DNA of 38,429 bases from a virus (taxonomy: Duplodnaviria > Caudoviricetes): the IMG/VR virus record IMGVR_UViG_3300029818_000063, positions 1 through 38,429 of that record; one strand, 5' to 3'. A program made the translations under genes and the position numbers. This document shows, piece after piece, positions 1 to 9,329 of the stretch (position 1 is its first letter; each line of letters starts with the position of its first letter). The notes under the pieces are model-generated. The model made no database searches. It saw nothing but the letters and a program-made list of their open reading frames with translations, and was not told the origin of the DNA.

Positions 1-354
1 CTAGAGCTCTAGCTTGTGTTGGTTGTAGTCGAATTTCTTATCCTGGATGCGCTTCAGCAGCCGGTAGACAGCATTCTCAGTGAGGCCGTATTCAAGTGCA
101 AGGGCGCGGTGATTGCGCCCGTTGAACTTGCCCAAGATCTCCAGATCGCGGGCAGTCAGTTTGAACTGGTAATCCTTTGGAATGGAGATGGTGCTGCCCG
201 CCCACAGGTCACTCAGGTGATTAGCGACCTCGATGCCGAGCTCTTCGGCCTTTTTCTTGTCAATACCCATCTCCTGGAGTTTTTGAGCAACGTGCGCCTC
301 GACGCCTGACAGCAGCTCGTGACGCTTTTCAGCCATGATCGATGTGCTGCTCAT
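1..354 (-). CDS. mor: Mor/C family transcription activator
   Basis: WAGSTISIPKD...RDLEILGKFNGRNHRALALEYGLTENAVYRLLKR matches the Mor/C pattern (G-x-x-x-x-IP, RD-x-x-I, FNG-x-N, C-terminal HTH). Confidence 0.92.
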   Translation of the reverse strand: MSSTSIMAEKRHELLSGVEAHVAQKLQEMGIDKKKAEELGIEVANHLSDLWAGSTISIPKDYQFKLTARDLEILGKFNGRNHRALALEYGLTENAVYRLLKRIQDKKFDYNQHKLEL

Positions 355-890
355 GCTAGCTCCTGGAGGCGCTTATCTGCCTCTTCCTGTGTGATGAGTT
401 TCAGGCGCAGGTCGTTCTTGATCTGGTAGTACCTTTCGTTGCGATAGGCCTGCTCTGCGGCTGCTGCCTTTGTTGAGCGTGGCGCCAGTGCTTGAACTGC
501 TGCAGCGTCACCTGCGATGCCGTAGACGACTGCGCGCAGGTAGTGATGTGTTTCAAGGGGCAGCGTCAGCTTCTCGCGCTGGACGATCATCTGCTCGATG
601 CCTGCGACCCACAGTGCAGGCGAGGCCTGTCGGCGGTCGGTTGTGCGGGCGTCACGGGTGACTGATCCTTCGTTGACCATGTGTTTGAGCTCGCCGACAA
701 GCCGGATCGCTTTACCCATCTTGAGCGACCGCTTTGGCGGGCTGAACAGGCGCAGGTAGGACAGCACTGCTTTGCCCAGCTTGGGCGGCAGGTCGGCGAA
801 CAGCGCAGCCAGCTGCTTACCCTCGTCGTCGGCCAGGCCGGCTTCGAACGGGAATTGCTCGCTGCAGCACGGGCACGTCAATCGCATCAA
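351..890 (-). CDS. Conserved transposable-phage hypothetical protein with N-terminal CPCC motif
   Basis: 179-aa ORF with 4-nt overlaps to both neighbours; sits between gemA and mor. Confidence 0.8.
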   Translation of the reverse strand: MMRLTCPCCSEQFPFEAGLADDEGKQLAALFADLPPKLGKAVLSYLRLFSPPKRSLKMGKAIRLVGELKHMVNEGSVTRDARTTDRRQASPALWVAGIEQMIVQREKLTLPLETHHYLRAVVYGIAGDAAAVQALAPRSTKAAAAEQAYRNERYYQIKNDLRLKLITQEEADKRLQELA

Positions 891-1480
891 CGGTCCCCCT
901 CACACTTGTCGATATCGGCATACATGGTCTTCTCGTTGCGCTCTTTATATAAGGCAGCGATGACGGCTTTCATGATTGGAATCTTGCGATTCCAGCCCTT
1001 GGGCAGGCCTTCCAAAAGAGTGCTGCGTTCTGCGCCGTGGTACCCGAGTTCGTCGAGCAGCTGTTCCAATTCAGCCTTGAGCCTCTGCTTTTTCTGCTCT
1101 ACATGCAGCGCAGCGATAATGCCTTCAAAGTGCTGAGGGCTTTTGAGCCAGCTGCAGCGCTCGATTTTGAACATGCGCTTTGCTATCGAGTCGGCGTATG
1201 ACCAGGGCAGGCCCAGGTCGGCTAGTAGTGCTTCGATCTTTGTGATCTCTTCGCGCAGCTGGTTGAAATTGTGGGGCTTGCCTTTGGTTTTTGGGCTGGG
1301 GGCAGATTGGAATCCGAGGCGCTCGAACTCCCGCAGCACCGCGCCGATCTGCCGGGGCCCCAGCTCTGTGGCGCTACGCACACCGGCCACGCGGGCTAGC
1401 AGTGCGCGGTAGTCGTCGTCCTGCATGCTGAGCTGCTGGCGGGCGATGTGGATCTTTGCTAGTAGTTTGCGGCTGATCAT
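887..1480 (-). CDS. gemA: GemA / Mu gp16 (DUF1018) family protein
   Basis: LAKIHIARQQLSMQDDDYRALL...G.RSATEL...GF is the GemA signature; start reset to ATG 1480, overlapping the upstream stop. Confidence 0.92.
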   Translation of the reverse strand: MISRKLLAKIHIARQQLSMQDDDYRALLARVAGVRSATELGPRQIGAVLREFERLGFQSAPSPKTKGKPHNFNQLREEITKIEALLADLGLPWSYADSIAKRMFKIERCSWLKSPQHFEGIIAALHVEQKKQRLKAELEQLLDELGYHGAERSTLLEGLPKGWNRKIPIMKAVIAALYKERNEKTMYADIDKCEGDR

Positions 1481-1911
1481 AATTTCACCCGCTGTTCGAG
1501 CTGCTCGACGTCGCGCTTGAGAGCTGCTGCTTGCCTGAGTAGTTGTTTCAGCTCGGAATCCACATCCATTGCGCTGGGAACAGGGACCCGGCCGACAACG
1601 ACGCCTGTACATGCTGGCTTCACTGGCTCATCAGCTGTGAGCTTTGGAGCTGGGTCGATTTGATTAGGTTTTTGCGGCTTCGGCTTCGGCTTTGCTGGCA
1701 CGGCTGGCACGGCTTCCAGCGGCGGCGGACTCGCATTGAGAGTGAAGTTCCTCCACTCAGAGCGCTCGACTGGCCTGCGCATTGTGTCGAAGGCTTTGAT
1801 CTTCCCGCCGTTGGCCAGGAACGCTTGAACCTTTGCATCCAGGTCAGCCTGGCGCTCGAGCGCTTTACTCATATCCCTATCGGGGACGTCGTGGAATATT
1901 GGATGACTCAT
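1477..1911 (-). CDS. Hypothetical protein with SutA-like RNA-polymerase-binding motif
   Basis: ERQADLDAKVQAFLANGGKIKAF resembles the SutA core as I recall it (ERDALAKAMEEFLSRGGKVQEI); Pro/Lys-rich linker and C-terminal coiled coil. Confidence 0.65.
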   Translation of the reverse strand: MSHPIFHDVPDRDMSKALERQADLDAKVQAFLANGGKIKAFDTMRRPVERSEWRNFTLNASPPPLEAVPAVPAKPKPKPQKPNQIDPAPKLTADEPVKPACTGVVVGRVPVPSAMDVDSELKQLLRQAAALKRDVEQLEQRVKL

Positions 1912-2315
1912 CAGCGCAACTCCCGGTTCTCTTTAGCCAGCGCCCTCTGGCGTCGTTTGATCGCTGCGATAATGGTCTTTTGGACGCCCGGCACTTCCAA
2001 AGCCGCAGCGCACTGATGGCTGTCGAAAATGGTCACCATGAATAAACGGCCCTGCACATCACATGCACCGTAGGTGTGTCGTTTGGGGCAGTAGAAAGGG
2101 TTGATCTGTTCGATCCGGACCACTGCATGGATCATCCGCTGCTGGCCCATGCCCTCAATCTCTACCAGAGGGCACTGACCTACCGCGTATTCCAGGACTT
2201 TCTTGCCACGCCAAACCCATCCCTGGAGTGGCCGACAGTCAACGACAGTGCCGTCCTGGTCGATGTCCCAAGCAAGAAAGTCTTGGCCGTTATCTTCAAA
2301 ATGTATGGTTTGCAT
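1911..2315 (-). CDS. Phage hypothetical protein
   Basis: 134-aa ORF tightly packed in the early operon; GGAGG-like SD upstream. Confidence 0.75.
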   Translation of the reverse strand: MQTIHFEDNGQDFLAWDIDQDGTVVDCRPLQGWVWRGKKVLEYAVGQCPLVEIEGMGQQRMIHAVVRIEQINPFYCPKRHTYGACDVQGRLFMVTIFDSHQCAAALEVPGVQKTIIAAIKRRQRALAKENRELR

Positions 2316-3006
2316 GAGAATGCCTCCCTATACGCAGTGGCTGTTCCTTGGCGCTGATTGCGGTGTGCAGCTGGGCCGACCTCCCGGCGCGGTAGCCTGC
2401 ATCTGATGCGGATTCATCGCGTGCTTTCAGCTTGCGACGCTTGATTTCGGCCTTCCCGAGGTCGGGGTATTTCTTATCCATATAGGCCTTGATGGCGTCC
2501 GCGATGTTGTCGTCCACGCCGGCGAAGTCTTCGACCTTCATATAAACAGCATCGATCCAGGCGTGGGCGAATGCATCGCCGCGTGCGATCTTGGTAGACC
2601 GTTTACAGCGCTTCTGAGTGGCCAAATAGGCTTTGCGGGCCTTCTGGCATTGCCGCTCCAGTACCTGGTAGGCGTAGCCAGTCAGCTCCGGGGCAGCGGC
2701 GCAACCCACAAACGTAAACTTGGCAGAATGAAGCCAGCTTGTGCTGATGATGAGATGGGTACCGAAAGCATGGCCGCAGACCTGAGCAAGCCGCACCCGC
2801 CACGCTGGTGGATCACCGTCAGAGCCAGCCAGGATCGATACCTCACCGGCCATGCTGGCCAGCACATCACCCATCTCGACATTGAAGGCTTCCATCATTT
2901 TGTGCGCCTGGCACAGAGCGATTTCAGCCTCGTTCGGGTTGGAGTTTTTGCCCTTGGCCATCTCCAGGCATTTTTTGATTTTTTCGAGTGCGCGTCCCTG
3001 GTCCAT
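2296..3006 (-). CDS. DUF2786 domain-containing protein
   Basis: N-terminal LEKIKKCLEMAK...NPNEAEIAL..A..MM and C-terminal GYRAG...L are typical; start reset to ATG 3006 after a GGGGAGG SD. Confidence 0.85.
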   Translation of the reverse strand: MDQGRALEKIKKCLEMAKGKNSNPNEAEIALCQAHKMMEAFNVEMGDVLASMAGEVSILAGSDGDPPAWRVRLAQVCGHAFGTHLIISTSWLHSAKFTFVGCAAAPELTGYAYQVLERQCQKARKAYLATQKRCKRSTKIARGDAFAHAWIDAVYMKVEDFAGVDDNIADAIKAYMDKKYPDLGKAEIKRRKLKARDESASDAGYRAGRSAQLHTAISAKEQPLRIGRHSHANHTF

Positions 3007-3007
3007 G

Positions 3008-3706
3008 TCAGGCCTCCCCTGCAACGTCTGATGCTTCCTGACGCGCCATGATTTGATCAATCCGCTGGACCATGTTCTCGGGTATCCAGGAGCAGTGTTG
3101 CTTGATCTGCTGCCACTCCAGCGGTTCCAGACCCATGTCCTGTGTGAGTGATAAAAGGTCATAGCCGCTGCCGGCATGCAGAAACCCGGTCAACTGCTGG
3201 ATGGCTTTCTCGACCGGCGCGATGTACGTGCAATAAACCGCATCAGCGCGCACCACCTTCGCCAATGTCGCAGACGCAACGTCGGGCTTGGCATACAAAG
3301 GGGAGCCGTCCGGCAATGCGCGACCGATGGAGTTAAGCTCGGCACTGCCGCTATACACTCTACCCACCACCGTGGCGGCTTTACCTGCAGTTTCCAACTG
3401 CGTCACCCGGTCCTGCAGATTCGCGCACATCAGGCGCAGCTCGCCGGGCCCCATATCGTCGAGATTTGGTTTCTCTGAAATATTATGTGAGGCTCCAGGG
3501 GTGATCAGCCACTTGCTGTGGAGGCGTCCAACTTGAGTGCACTCCAGGCGCTCGATGGTTTTGTGGTTGGTCGGGAAGAGCCTGTCAGCCAGCCTCTCGA
3601 CGGCTAAACGTGCGTCGTATGCACAGGAGGCGATTTTGCCCTGGATGCGCTGCGTCTTGTAGCCAGAGTGGTCAGATCTGACGGTGACTTCGATGGGTTT
3701 TTCCAT
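3008..3706 (-). CDS. Phage hypothetical protein
   Basis: 232-aa ORF with 1-nt gaps to both neighbours in the operon. Confidence 0.75.
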   Translation of the reverse strand: MEKPIEVTVRSDHSGYKTQRIQGKIASCAYDARLAVERLADRLFPTNHKTIERLECTQVGRLHSKWLITPGASHNISEKPNLDDMGPGELRLMCANLQDRVTQLETAGKAATVVGRVYSGSAELNSIGRALPDGSPLYAKPDVASATLAKVVRADAVYCTYIAPVEKAIQQLTGFLHAGSGYDLLSLTQDMGLEPLEWQQIKQHCSWIPENMVQRIDQIMARQEASDVAGEA

Positions 3707-3707
3707 G

Positions 3708-4334
3708 TCACACCGCCGCGATATCGAGAGAGATGGGCCTGTACTGATCGGTGTCGCCTATCCGCTCATAGATACGGATGTACGACTTGCTGCCGATCGC
3801 CTGGCAGGCCTCGCCGATGGCAACCATCGCCTGCTGCCAGCGCTTGTCCTGGATATCCAGGCGGCGCAGAGCGAGGACGCTGGCGGTGCGGATCTCGCCC
3901 TTGGTGTCTGTGCGGAAGGCGTCATTGATCAGCGCCACGACCTCCGGCCGCGCGCCGGCGGTCCATTCGGTCAGGCACTCATCGATCAGGGCGCGGGCGG
4001 CCTGCAGGCGCTCATCAAAGCTGATGCTTTCCTGAACAGAGCGCTGGATCTTGTAGCGGCCGTCAAAGCTGTAGAGCGTGACGTTGCCCTTTTTGCCTCC
4101 GATCTTGGCGCCGTACTCCTCGGCAGACATCTCGATAAAGGCCTGGATATCGCCGAATGCCACCTTCTTATAGTCGGCTAGCTCGGCATTCAGCTCGGTG
4201 GCGCGATCTACAAGGTGACAGACCAGGCGGTCGCGCTCCATGTCGATTGGTTTGATCAGATCCTCGTGGGTCAGGCGCCCCTGGGCGTCTTTGCGGTAGC
4301 CTTCCGGTACTGCGATATCATTCTGCATCGACAT
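3708..4334 (-). CDS. DUF3164 family protein
   Basis: PEGYRKDAQGRL...IKPID..RD.LV, GG.KGNVTLYSFDG, SKSYIRIYER, PISLDIA are characteristic; start chosen after AGGA SD. Confidence 0.9.
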   Translation of the reverse strand: MSMQNDIAVPEGYRKDAQGRLTHEDLIKPIDMERDRLVCHLVDRATELNAELADYKKVAFGDIQAFIEMSAEEYGAKIGGKKGNVTLYSFDGRYKIQRSVQESISFDERLQAARALIDECLTEWTAGARPEVVALINDAFRTDTKGEIRTASVLALRRLDIQDKRWQQAMVAIGEACQAIGSKSYIRIYERIGDTDQYRPISLDIAAV

Positions 4335-4719
4335 GATCATCTTCCTGTGTGGTGGTTGAATGTGCCCGGTCGTACTGGTCGATCGCGGCCAGCAGCAGCG
4401 CTGCAGCGATGACCCAGTTGCGACGTTGGTCGCGCTTTTTGAACTCGGCAGGTGCCCAAGGCCAGAGCCGGTGGAATGCAGAGGTCTTCATTTGGATACC
4501 ACTGACTGTTGTTTCCATTCGATGCGCCAACGCATAGCAACCAGCGGCCTCGGCCAGTGCGATGTTCAGGCTCAGATCGTCCTGCTCTGCGGTGTAACCC
4601 TCTTCCTGGATCTGACGGATACGCTCACGCAACACGTTGTGAACTGAGGCGGTTGTAAAAACTTCGAGAGCCTGGTCGACGGCTTCGGTCACATCGGGGT
4701 TGATATTGTTTGCTTTCAT
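4318..4719 (-). CDS. Conserved phage helical protein (ER.RQ..EG...E.DD / WPW family)
   Basis: VLRERIRQIQEEGYTAEQDD...AAGCYA...WPW...RRNWVIAAALLLAAID is a common phage domain of unknown function. Confidence 0.8.
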   Translation of the reverse strand: MKANNINPDVTEAVDQALEVFTTASVHNVLRERIRQIQEEGYTAEQDDLSLNIALAEAAGCYALAHRMETTVSGIQMKTSAFHRLWPWAPAEFKKRDQRRNWVIAAALLLAAIDQYDRAHSTTTQEDDHVDAE

Positions 4720-5057
4720 CAGTGAGCCCTCTTTGCCAGCAACACCGGCGCCTTAGACGGTCGGATCTGCCACTCGATATCGCACCCGAGCAGCAGCGTC
4801 CGGCATTTGATGAAGTGGCCAGGAGTGGGCTTTAAGGTGGCGTGGAACCAGCCAACGCGCTGCAGATGAAGCGGCTGGTCGCACTCGACCACCAGGAACG
4901 GGCGGTCGCCATCAATTGCCGCGAAGATGACCGAACAGTTATACCGGCGCAGTTCGCGGTCTACGCAGTTGGCCAGGGCGAGGCACGCTTTTGCGTGGTC
5001 CGTGAACACCTTGCTTTCGCGCTCGAACGGTTGCTCCATGTTGATTGTCTGGCCCAT
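4719..5057 (-). CDS. Phage hypothetical protein
   Basis: 112-aa ORF packed between neighbours; GGAGG SD within the end of the ATPase gene. Confidence 0.7.
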   Translation of the reverse strand: MGQTINMEQPFERESKVFTDHAKACLALANCVDRELRRYNCSVIFAAIDGDRPFLVVECDQPLHLQRVGWFHATLKPTPGHFIKCRTLLLGCDIEWQIRPSKAPVLLAKRAH

Positions 5058-5058
5058 G

Positions 5059-6243
5059 TCACACCTCCCGGATCACGTCAGCGTTGATTATGGTCTCGCC
5101 CATTTCTGCAGCGAGGTTCATTGCAGCGACCAGCATGTTGCCGATGGCCAGCGGATAGAGCAGAGAGCGGGTGTCATCGCGGGCGGTGCTGGTCAGGCGG
5201 TCGGCCAGCGCCTCGACGCCGCTTGAATCGATGATGTTTTCCAGCTGCAGGCCAGCGCGCTTGAAGCGGAACGCCAGGAACTCATCGAGCATCGAGCGCG
5301 GTACCGGCTCCAATTGCACTGTCTGTATGCGCTGCACTACTTCGCGCACCTCGGCATTGCGTTCGCTGAGTTTGACGAGCAGCTCGGGCTGGCCCACCAG
5401 GATGATGCTCACAAGCTTGGTGAAACCGCTCTCCAGTTCGCGCAGCCGCTTGAGCTGCTTGAGCGTGGGGATTGGCAGGCTGTGGGCCTCTTCGATGATC
5501 AGGACATGCCGATAGCCTGCCTGGTGGCTGCTCTTCAGCGCGTTGTGCAACTGACGGAAGCGCGCCTCCGGGCTGGATTTGGTCGACTCCAGCGGCGCTA
5601 CCGTGGCCATGATGGCTTCCGCGATATGCGCGCTCTTGAGGGTTTTGCCCTTCTGGTCGTTATCTTCCATCGCCAGTACGTAGGGCTCGATAACCACTAC
5701 TGGTGCACCTTCAGACGCAAGGCGCACGAGCAGATCGCGGCGCAGCGAGGACTTGCCCGCGCCACTCTCACCGACCACGGCCAGGAAACCATCATGCCGC
5801 GCCACCTGGTACATGGACTCTCGTACATAGCGGATATCGGGGTTGACGTAGAGATCGTCTGCAGACTGCAGATCATCGAAGGGATCGCGCACCAGGCCGA
5901 AGGCCTTGCGTGCGGCTGGCATTAAGTGCTGTTTGCGTTTTAACATGGGTTCCGACTCCAGTGTGTTTTCTTCAGGGTTTACTGCTGCGGGTTGCGGGGT
6001 AGCCGCGTTGGCGCGCGGCTGCTCTACTTCTTCACTCAGGGCGCCCAGTAGTTGATCTGCTGTGGCGCCTTTGCTTTTCAGGAACTCCAGGATCTGAATC
6101 ACCAGGGCGCCGCTGTCGATCGACTTCGGCCACTGACTGTGGTTGACCAACTGGGCAATCGCTGCCGGACTCAGTTCGAGGGCACGGGCCAGATCGGCCT
6201 GACTTGACCCTAGGGTGATGATCAACTTTTTGATTTTCAGCAT
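5059..6243 (-). CDS. Transposition AAA+ ATPase (MuB-equivalent, ExeA-like) with N-terminal HTH
   Basis: Walker A GESGAGKS, Walker B LIIEEAH, N-terminal SQADLARALELSPAAIAQLVN HTH; directly downstream of the transposase. Confidence 0.93.
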   Translation of the reverse strand: MLKIKKLIITLGSSQADLARALELSPAAIAQLVNHSQWPKSIDSGALVIQILEFLKSKGATADQLLGALSEEVEQPRANAATPQPAAVNPEENTLESEPMLKRKQHLMPAARKAFGLVRDPFDDLQSADDLYVNPDIRYVRESMYQVARHDGFLAVVGESGAGKSSLRRDLLVRLASEGAPVVVIEPYVLAMEDNDQKGKTLKSAHIAEAIMATVAPLESTKSSPEARFRQLHNALKSSHQAGYRHVLIIEEAHSLPIPTLKQLKRLRELESGFTKLVSIILVGQPELLVKLSERNAEVREVVQRIQTVQLEPVPRSMLDEFLAFRFKRAGLQLENIIDSSGVEALADRLTSTARDDTRSLLYPLAIGNMLVAAMNLAAEMGETIINADVIREV

Positions 6244-8018
6244 GCGTCACCGCCTACCAGGCGCAGGCCGGTGCGTTGCGGTGCGGGGTTATGGATGCGC
6301 TCGACGATGGCGTCCAGCTGCTGCTCGAGCACGCCCTCGGGGTAATCGGCTTTCAGTTGTGCCATGGTTTCTGGCGTCCAGAGGTTGCCCACCTTAGCCT
6401 TGATCAGCTTGGCGGCGGCGACGTGACTGAGCGGTGGCAGCTCAACAATCGGGCCGGTAAGCTGGTGCTCTGTGCCACGGCGCGGCATGAATGCAGGCAG
6501 GTTGGCGTCTTCGGTCGCCTTGTAGGGGTTGTAGTTGCCGCCCAGGGGCAGCGCCTTGACCTTGCGCTGCGCCTCGGCATCGGCCACCGAGTTGGTGCCG
6601 GTCATGATCTGCTCAATGGCCTTGCGGTCGTGCTGGGCGCTGGTGTCTGCCGGTGCGTTATAACGGGTACCGATCAGCGCTGCGGTGTCAGCAAAACCGA
6701 ATTCATCCTTCACCACCTTAGGCACCACGTTGAAAACTTCGCGGCCCTCTGCGTTGACGGTGACCACCTGGGCCGCGTCATCGCGCCAGGGGTTGCGGGT
6801 AACCAGTACCTTCTCGGCGACCATTACACCCGGCACGCGGCTGACGTCGTATTCCACACCCTGAAAGCTGATGCGCAGCTTGGGCGTGACCTTGCGCTCC
6901 TGTGGTTCAGAAACCGCCAGCTCACGGCACACCGCAATGCTGGGCGCCTTGATCAGCTGGTCCTGGGTGATGGTCAGCCACATCGCGCTGCGGTTCTTGC
7001 CGTGGCGGCGGTGGACTGATGAAGCGTTGAAGACTGCGCGCCACTGGGCAGCCAGCGCGTTTAGCTCCGCCAGATCGGCTACTGGCCGGAACTTGAGGCC
7101 GCTCTCGAACTTGCGCTCGATGATGTTACGGGCGTTCTCGACCTGGCCGGTGGCACGGGCGTTGCCGGGTGCGTGGGCGATCGCCTCGATGCCTAGGGAT
7201 TTGCACAGGTTTAGCGCCATGGCGCTTGTGTTGGCGCTGCCAGGGTCCATGTACAGGATGGCCGGGATGCCGTGCAGCAGGTCAGCTCCGCCCCGTTCCT
7301 GCATGGCGTTGATCAGCACGTTGCATAGGTTCTCGCCGCTCTCGGCACCCATCACGTACTCAACGTAGATCCAGCCGCTGGTATGGTCAGTGATCTCATA
7401 GGACCATACGCGGTCAGCCATGATGCGGTGCATGTTCCGGGGCTTGTTCTTGTAGAACTCGTCACGCGGCATCACCTGCAGGCCGCTGCTGCTGTTGGCC
7501 TGGGGCTTGAGGTAATAGAGCACGCAAAGGGAGGCGTCGATCTGCCATACGTGATTCGGATGCAGGCTGGCCAGCTCGGAGTGCGGCGCCGGGGCCATCA
7601 ACTGATCGGGGTGCACGTTGTAGGCGCGCAGGGCACGCTGGATCGCACTATCGCTCAGCGGCACCAGCTCGCCGGTCGCGCGGTCAATACGCTCGGCCCG
7701 GATCAGGCCATTGGCGCGTAGGCCGTCCACGGCGTCTGTCAGGCTATACAGCCGCTTGCCGGTGTTACGAAGGGTCTCCATCAGTGTGCCGCTGATCAGC
7801 AGCGCCTCGTCGCGCGTCAGGCCAGACTGGCCGGCATCGGCGCGGCGCTTGCGGGATTTTGTGGTCACAGTGAGTTCCTTCAACTTGCGATGCAGCGTGG
7901 CGCGGGACAGGCCCAGCTCGCTGCAGGCGCTGGCGTAGATGGCCGACTTGCCGCCGTGGCCGGCAGCGCGGACGGCTTGTGCTACAGCGACCAGGCGTTC
8001 GGTTATGACGGCGCTCAT
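6237..8018 (-). CDS. DDE transposase (MuA-equivalent, B3 type)
   Basis: HPNHVWQIDAS (D), LYMDPGSAN (D), ARATGQVEN (E); N-terminal HTH LGLSRATLHRKL; start reset to ATG 8018. Confidence 0.95.
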   Translation of the reverse strand: MSAVITERLVAVAQAVRAAGHGGKSAIYASACSELGLSRATLHRKLKELTVTTKSRKRRADAGQSGLTRDEALLISGTLMETLRNTGKRLYSLTDAVDGLRANGLIRAERIDRATGELVPLSDSAIQRALRAYNVHPDQLMAPAPHSELASLHPNHVWQIDASLCVLYYLKPQANSSSGLQVMPRDEFYKNKPRNMHRIMADRVWSYEITDHTSGWIYVEYVMGAESGENLCNVLINAMQERGGADLLHGIPAILYMDPGSANTSAMALNLCKSLGIEAIAHAPGNARATGQVENARNIIERKFESGLKFRPVADLAELNALAAQWRAVFNASSVHRRHGKNRSAMWLTITQDQLIKAPSIAVCRELAVSEPQERKVTPKLRISFQGVEYDVSRVPGVMVAEKVLVTRNPWRDDAAQVVTVNAEGREVFNVVPKVVKDEFGFADTAALIGTRYNAPADTSAQHDRKAIEQIMTGTNSVADAEAQRKVKALPLGGNYNPYKATEDANLPAFMPRRGTEHQLTGPIVELPPLSHVAAAKLIKAKVGNLWTPETMAQLKADYPEGVLEQQLDAIVERIHNPAPQRTGLRLVGGDAC

Positions 8019-8019
8019 T

Positions 8020-9003
8020 TCAGTTGCTCGCCTTGATGCCGAGAGATTCGGCGGCAGCATCAGCGGCTCCGGGCTGCATCCAATCAAGGCCGGCAGAACC
8101 CGAATCGTCCGGCAAGTTGTAGTCTTCGCGGATCGCGATGATCTGCAGCTCCAACTGCTTGACCAGGGCGGCCATGTAGTCGCGTGGATCCTCGCCGGTG
8201 GTGGCGCTTTCGGTTGAGAGCTGCTCGAACGCGCCGCGCAGCTTGCCCATGATCAGCGTCTCGGTCTCATAGGCCACGGCGCTGACTTCCATGCGTAGCT
8301 CTTTGATGGCCTCTGATGTAGGCATGCTCTGCAGGCGCCGCTGCACGCGGGCCAGCTCCTCGCGAGTCTGGTCAAGCTCCTGGGCCCGGCGTGCGAGTAC
8401 TTCGCCCTGGGCGTCGTAGTCGGCATGGGCCTCGTCGCGGTCTTTGATGAGGGCGTCTTTCTCGGCCTGGTGCTTGGCGATCAGCTCTTCGGCAAGCAGC
8501 TCGACGTCATCGGTATTCCCAGCCTTTGCAGCTTCGATGAGCGCGCTGCGGTGGTCATCTGGGAGCTTGCGCAAGGCGCGCATTTTGGACGGGCCAATGC
8601 CGACCTGGTGCATGGCTTCATAGAGTTCTTCTCCGAATACGGCGAAGTTGGCAAGGTCGTTGTCGATTGATTCCCTGGATTTACCTTCAACCAGTCTGCA
8701 GTAATCGTCCCAAGTGGTAACGGTTACCAGTTTTTCATCGACCAGCGTCTCAAAACCCTTGTATCCCTTGCTTTCTTTGATGGCCTGCAGGTCGATCAAA
8801 TCGGTAACGGTTAACAGTTTTACGATCATGTTGGTGATCTGGCGGCGTCCTACCCGCTGATTGATCAAAGCTGAAACTCGCATGGTGTCCTGGGCCAAAA
8901 GCTTGCCTGCTGCCGCGGCTGCATTTTGAATGTCGGAAACCTTTTGAACATCCAGCTCAGGCAGCTCAACATCCTGCGTTACTTCATTCTTCGTACGTGC
9001 CAT
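8020..9003 (-). CDS. Conserved B3-like early protein (DUF3102-like, coiled coil)
   Basis: 327-aa helical ORF immediately upstream of the transposase, the usual position in B3/BcepMu-type phages. Confidence 0.75.
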   Translation of the reverse strand: MARTKNEVTQDVELPELDVQKVSDIQNAAAAAGKLLAQDTMRVSALINQRVGRRQITNMIVKLLTVTDLIDLQAIKESKGYKGFETLVDEKLVTVTTWDDYCRLVEGKSRESIDNDLANFAVFGEELYEAMHQVGIGPSKMRALRKLPDDHRSALIEAAKAGNTDDVELLAEELIAKHQAEKDALIKDRDEAHADYDAQGEVLARRAQELDQTREELARVQRRLQSMPTSEAIKELRMEVSAVAYETETLIMGKLRGAFEQLSTESATTGEDPRDYMAALVKQLELQIIAIREDYNLPDDSGSAGLDWMQPGAADAAAESLGIKASN

Positions 9004-9017
9004 GGTCTATCCCTTGC

Positions 9018-9329
9018 TCAGTGGTGGCTGCCAGCGGCTACGCGCTGGTTCAGTTCGTTGATGCGGCTGCTTGCTCTGGTCATTTCCTCGGCGTGGGCCT
9101 GGGCGATCTGCAGAGCTGCGACGCTCAGGGCAAAGCGGCCGTTGTCGAGCTTCACGGCCAGCCCCTCGCTGATCAGGGTGCCGAGGCAGCGATTGATAGC
9201 AGAGGCATTCATGCCCAGCGCTTGGACCAGGTCGCCGTTGCTCAGGCCCTGCAGGCTGTGCCCGCGTAGTTTTTTCATGACGCGCAGGCAGCGCGCGCCG
9301 CTTTCGGATATGCGGGTCTTGTCATTCAT
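9018..9329 (-). CDS. IclR-like winged-HTH DNA-binding protein
   Basis: RCLRVMKKL.G....GLSNGDLVQALGMNASAINRCLGTLISEGLA winged HTH. Confidence 0.85.
   Translation of the reverse strand: MNDKTRISESGARCLRVMKKLRGHSLQGLSNGDLVQALGMNASAINRCLGTLISEGLAVKLDNGRFALSVAALQIAQAHAEEMTRASSRINELNQRVAAGSHH

Noticed and set aside
1660-1715. Short tandem repeats (cggctt x3, ggcacggct x2)
   Set aside because: They simply encode the PAVPAKPKPKP linker of the SutA-like protein
6276-7019. 247-aa plus-strand ORF and similar long ORFs opposite the transposase and ATPase
   Set aside because: Antisense shadows of well-supported genes
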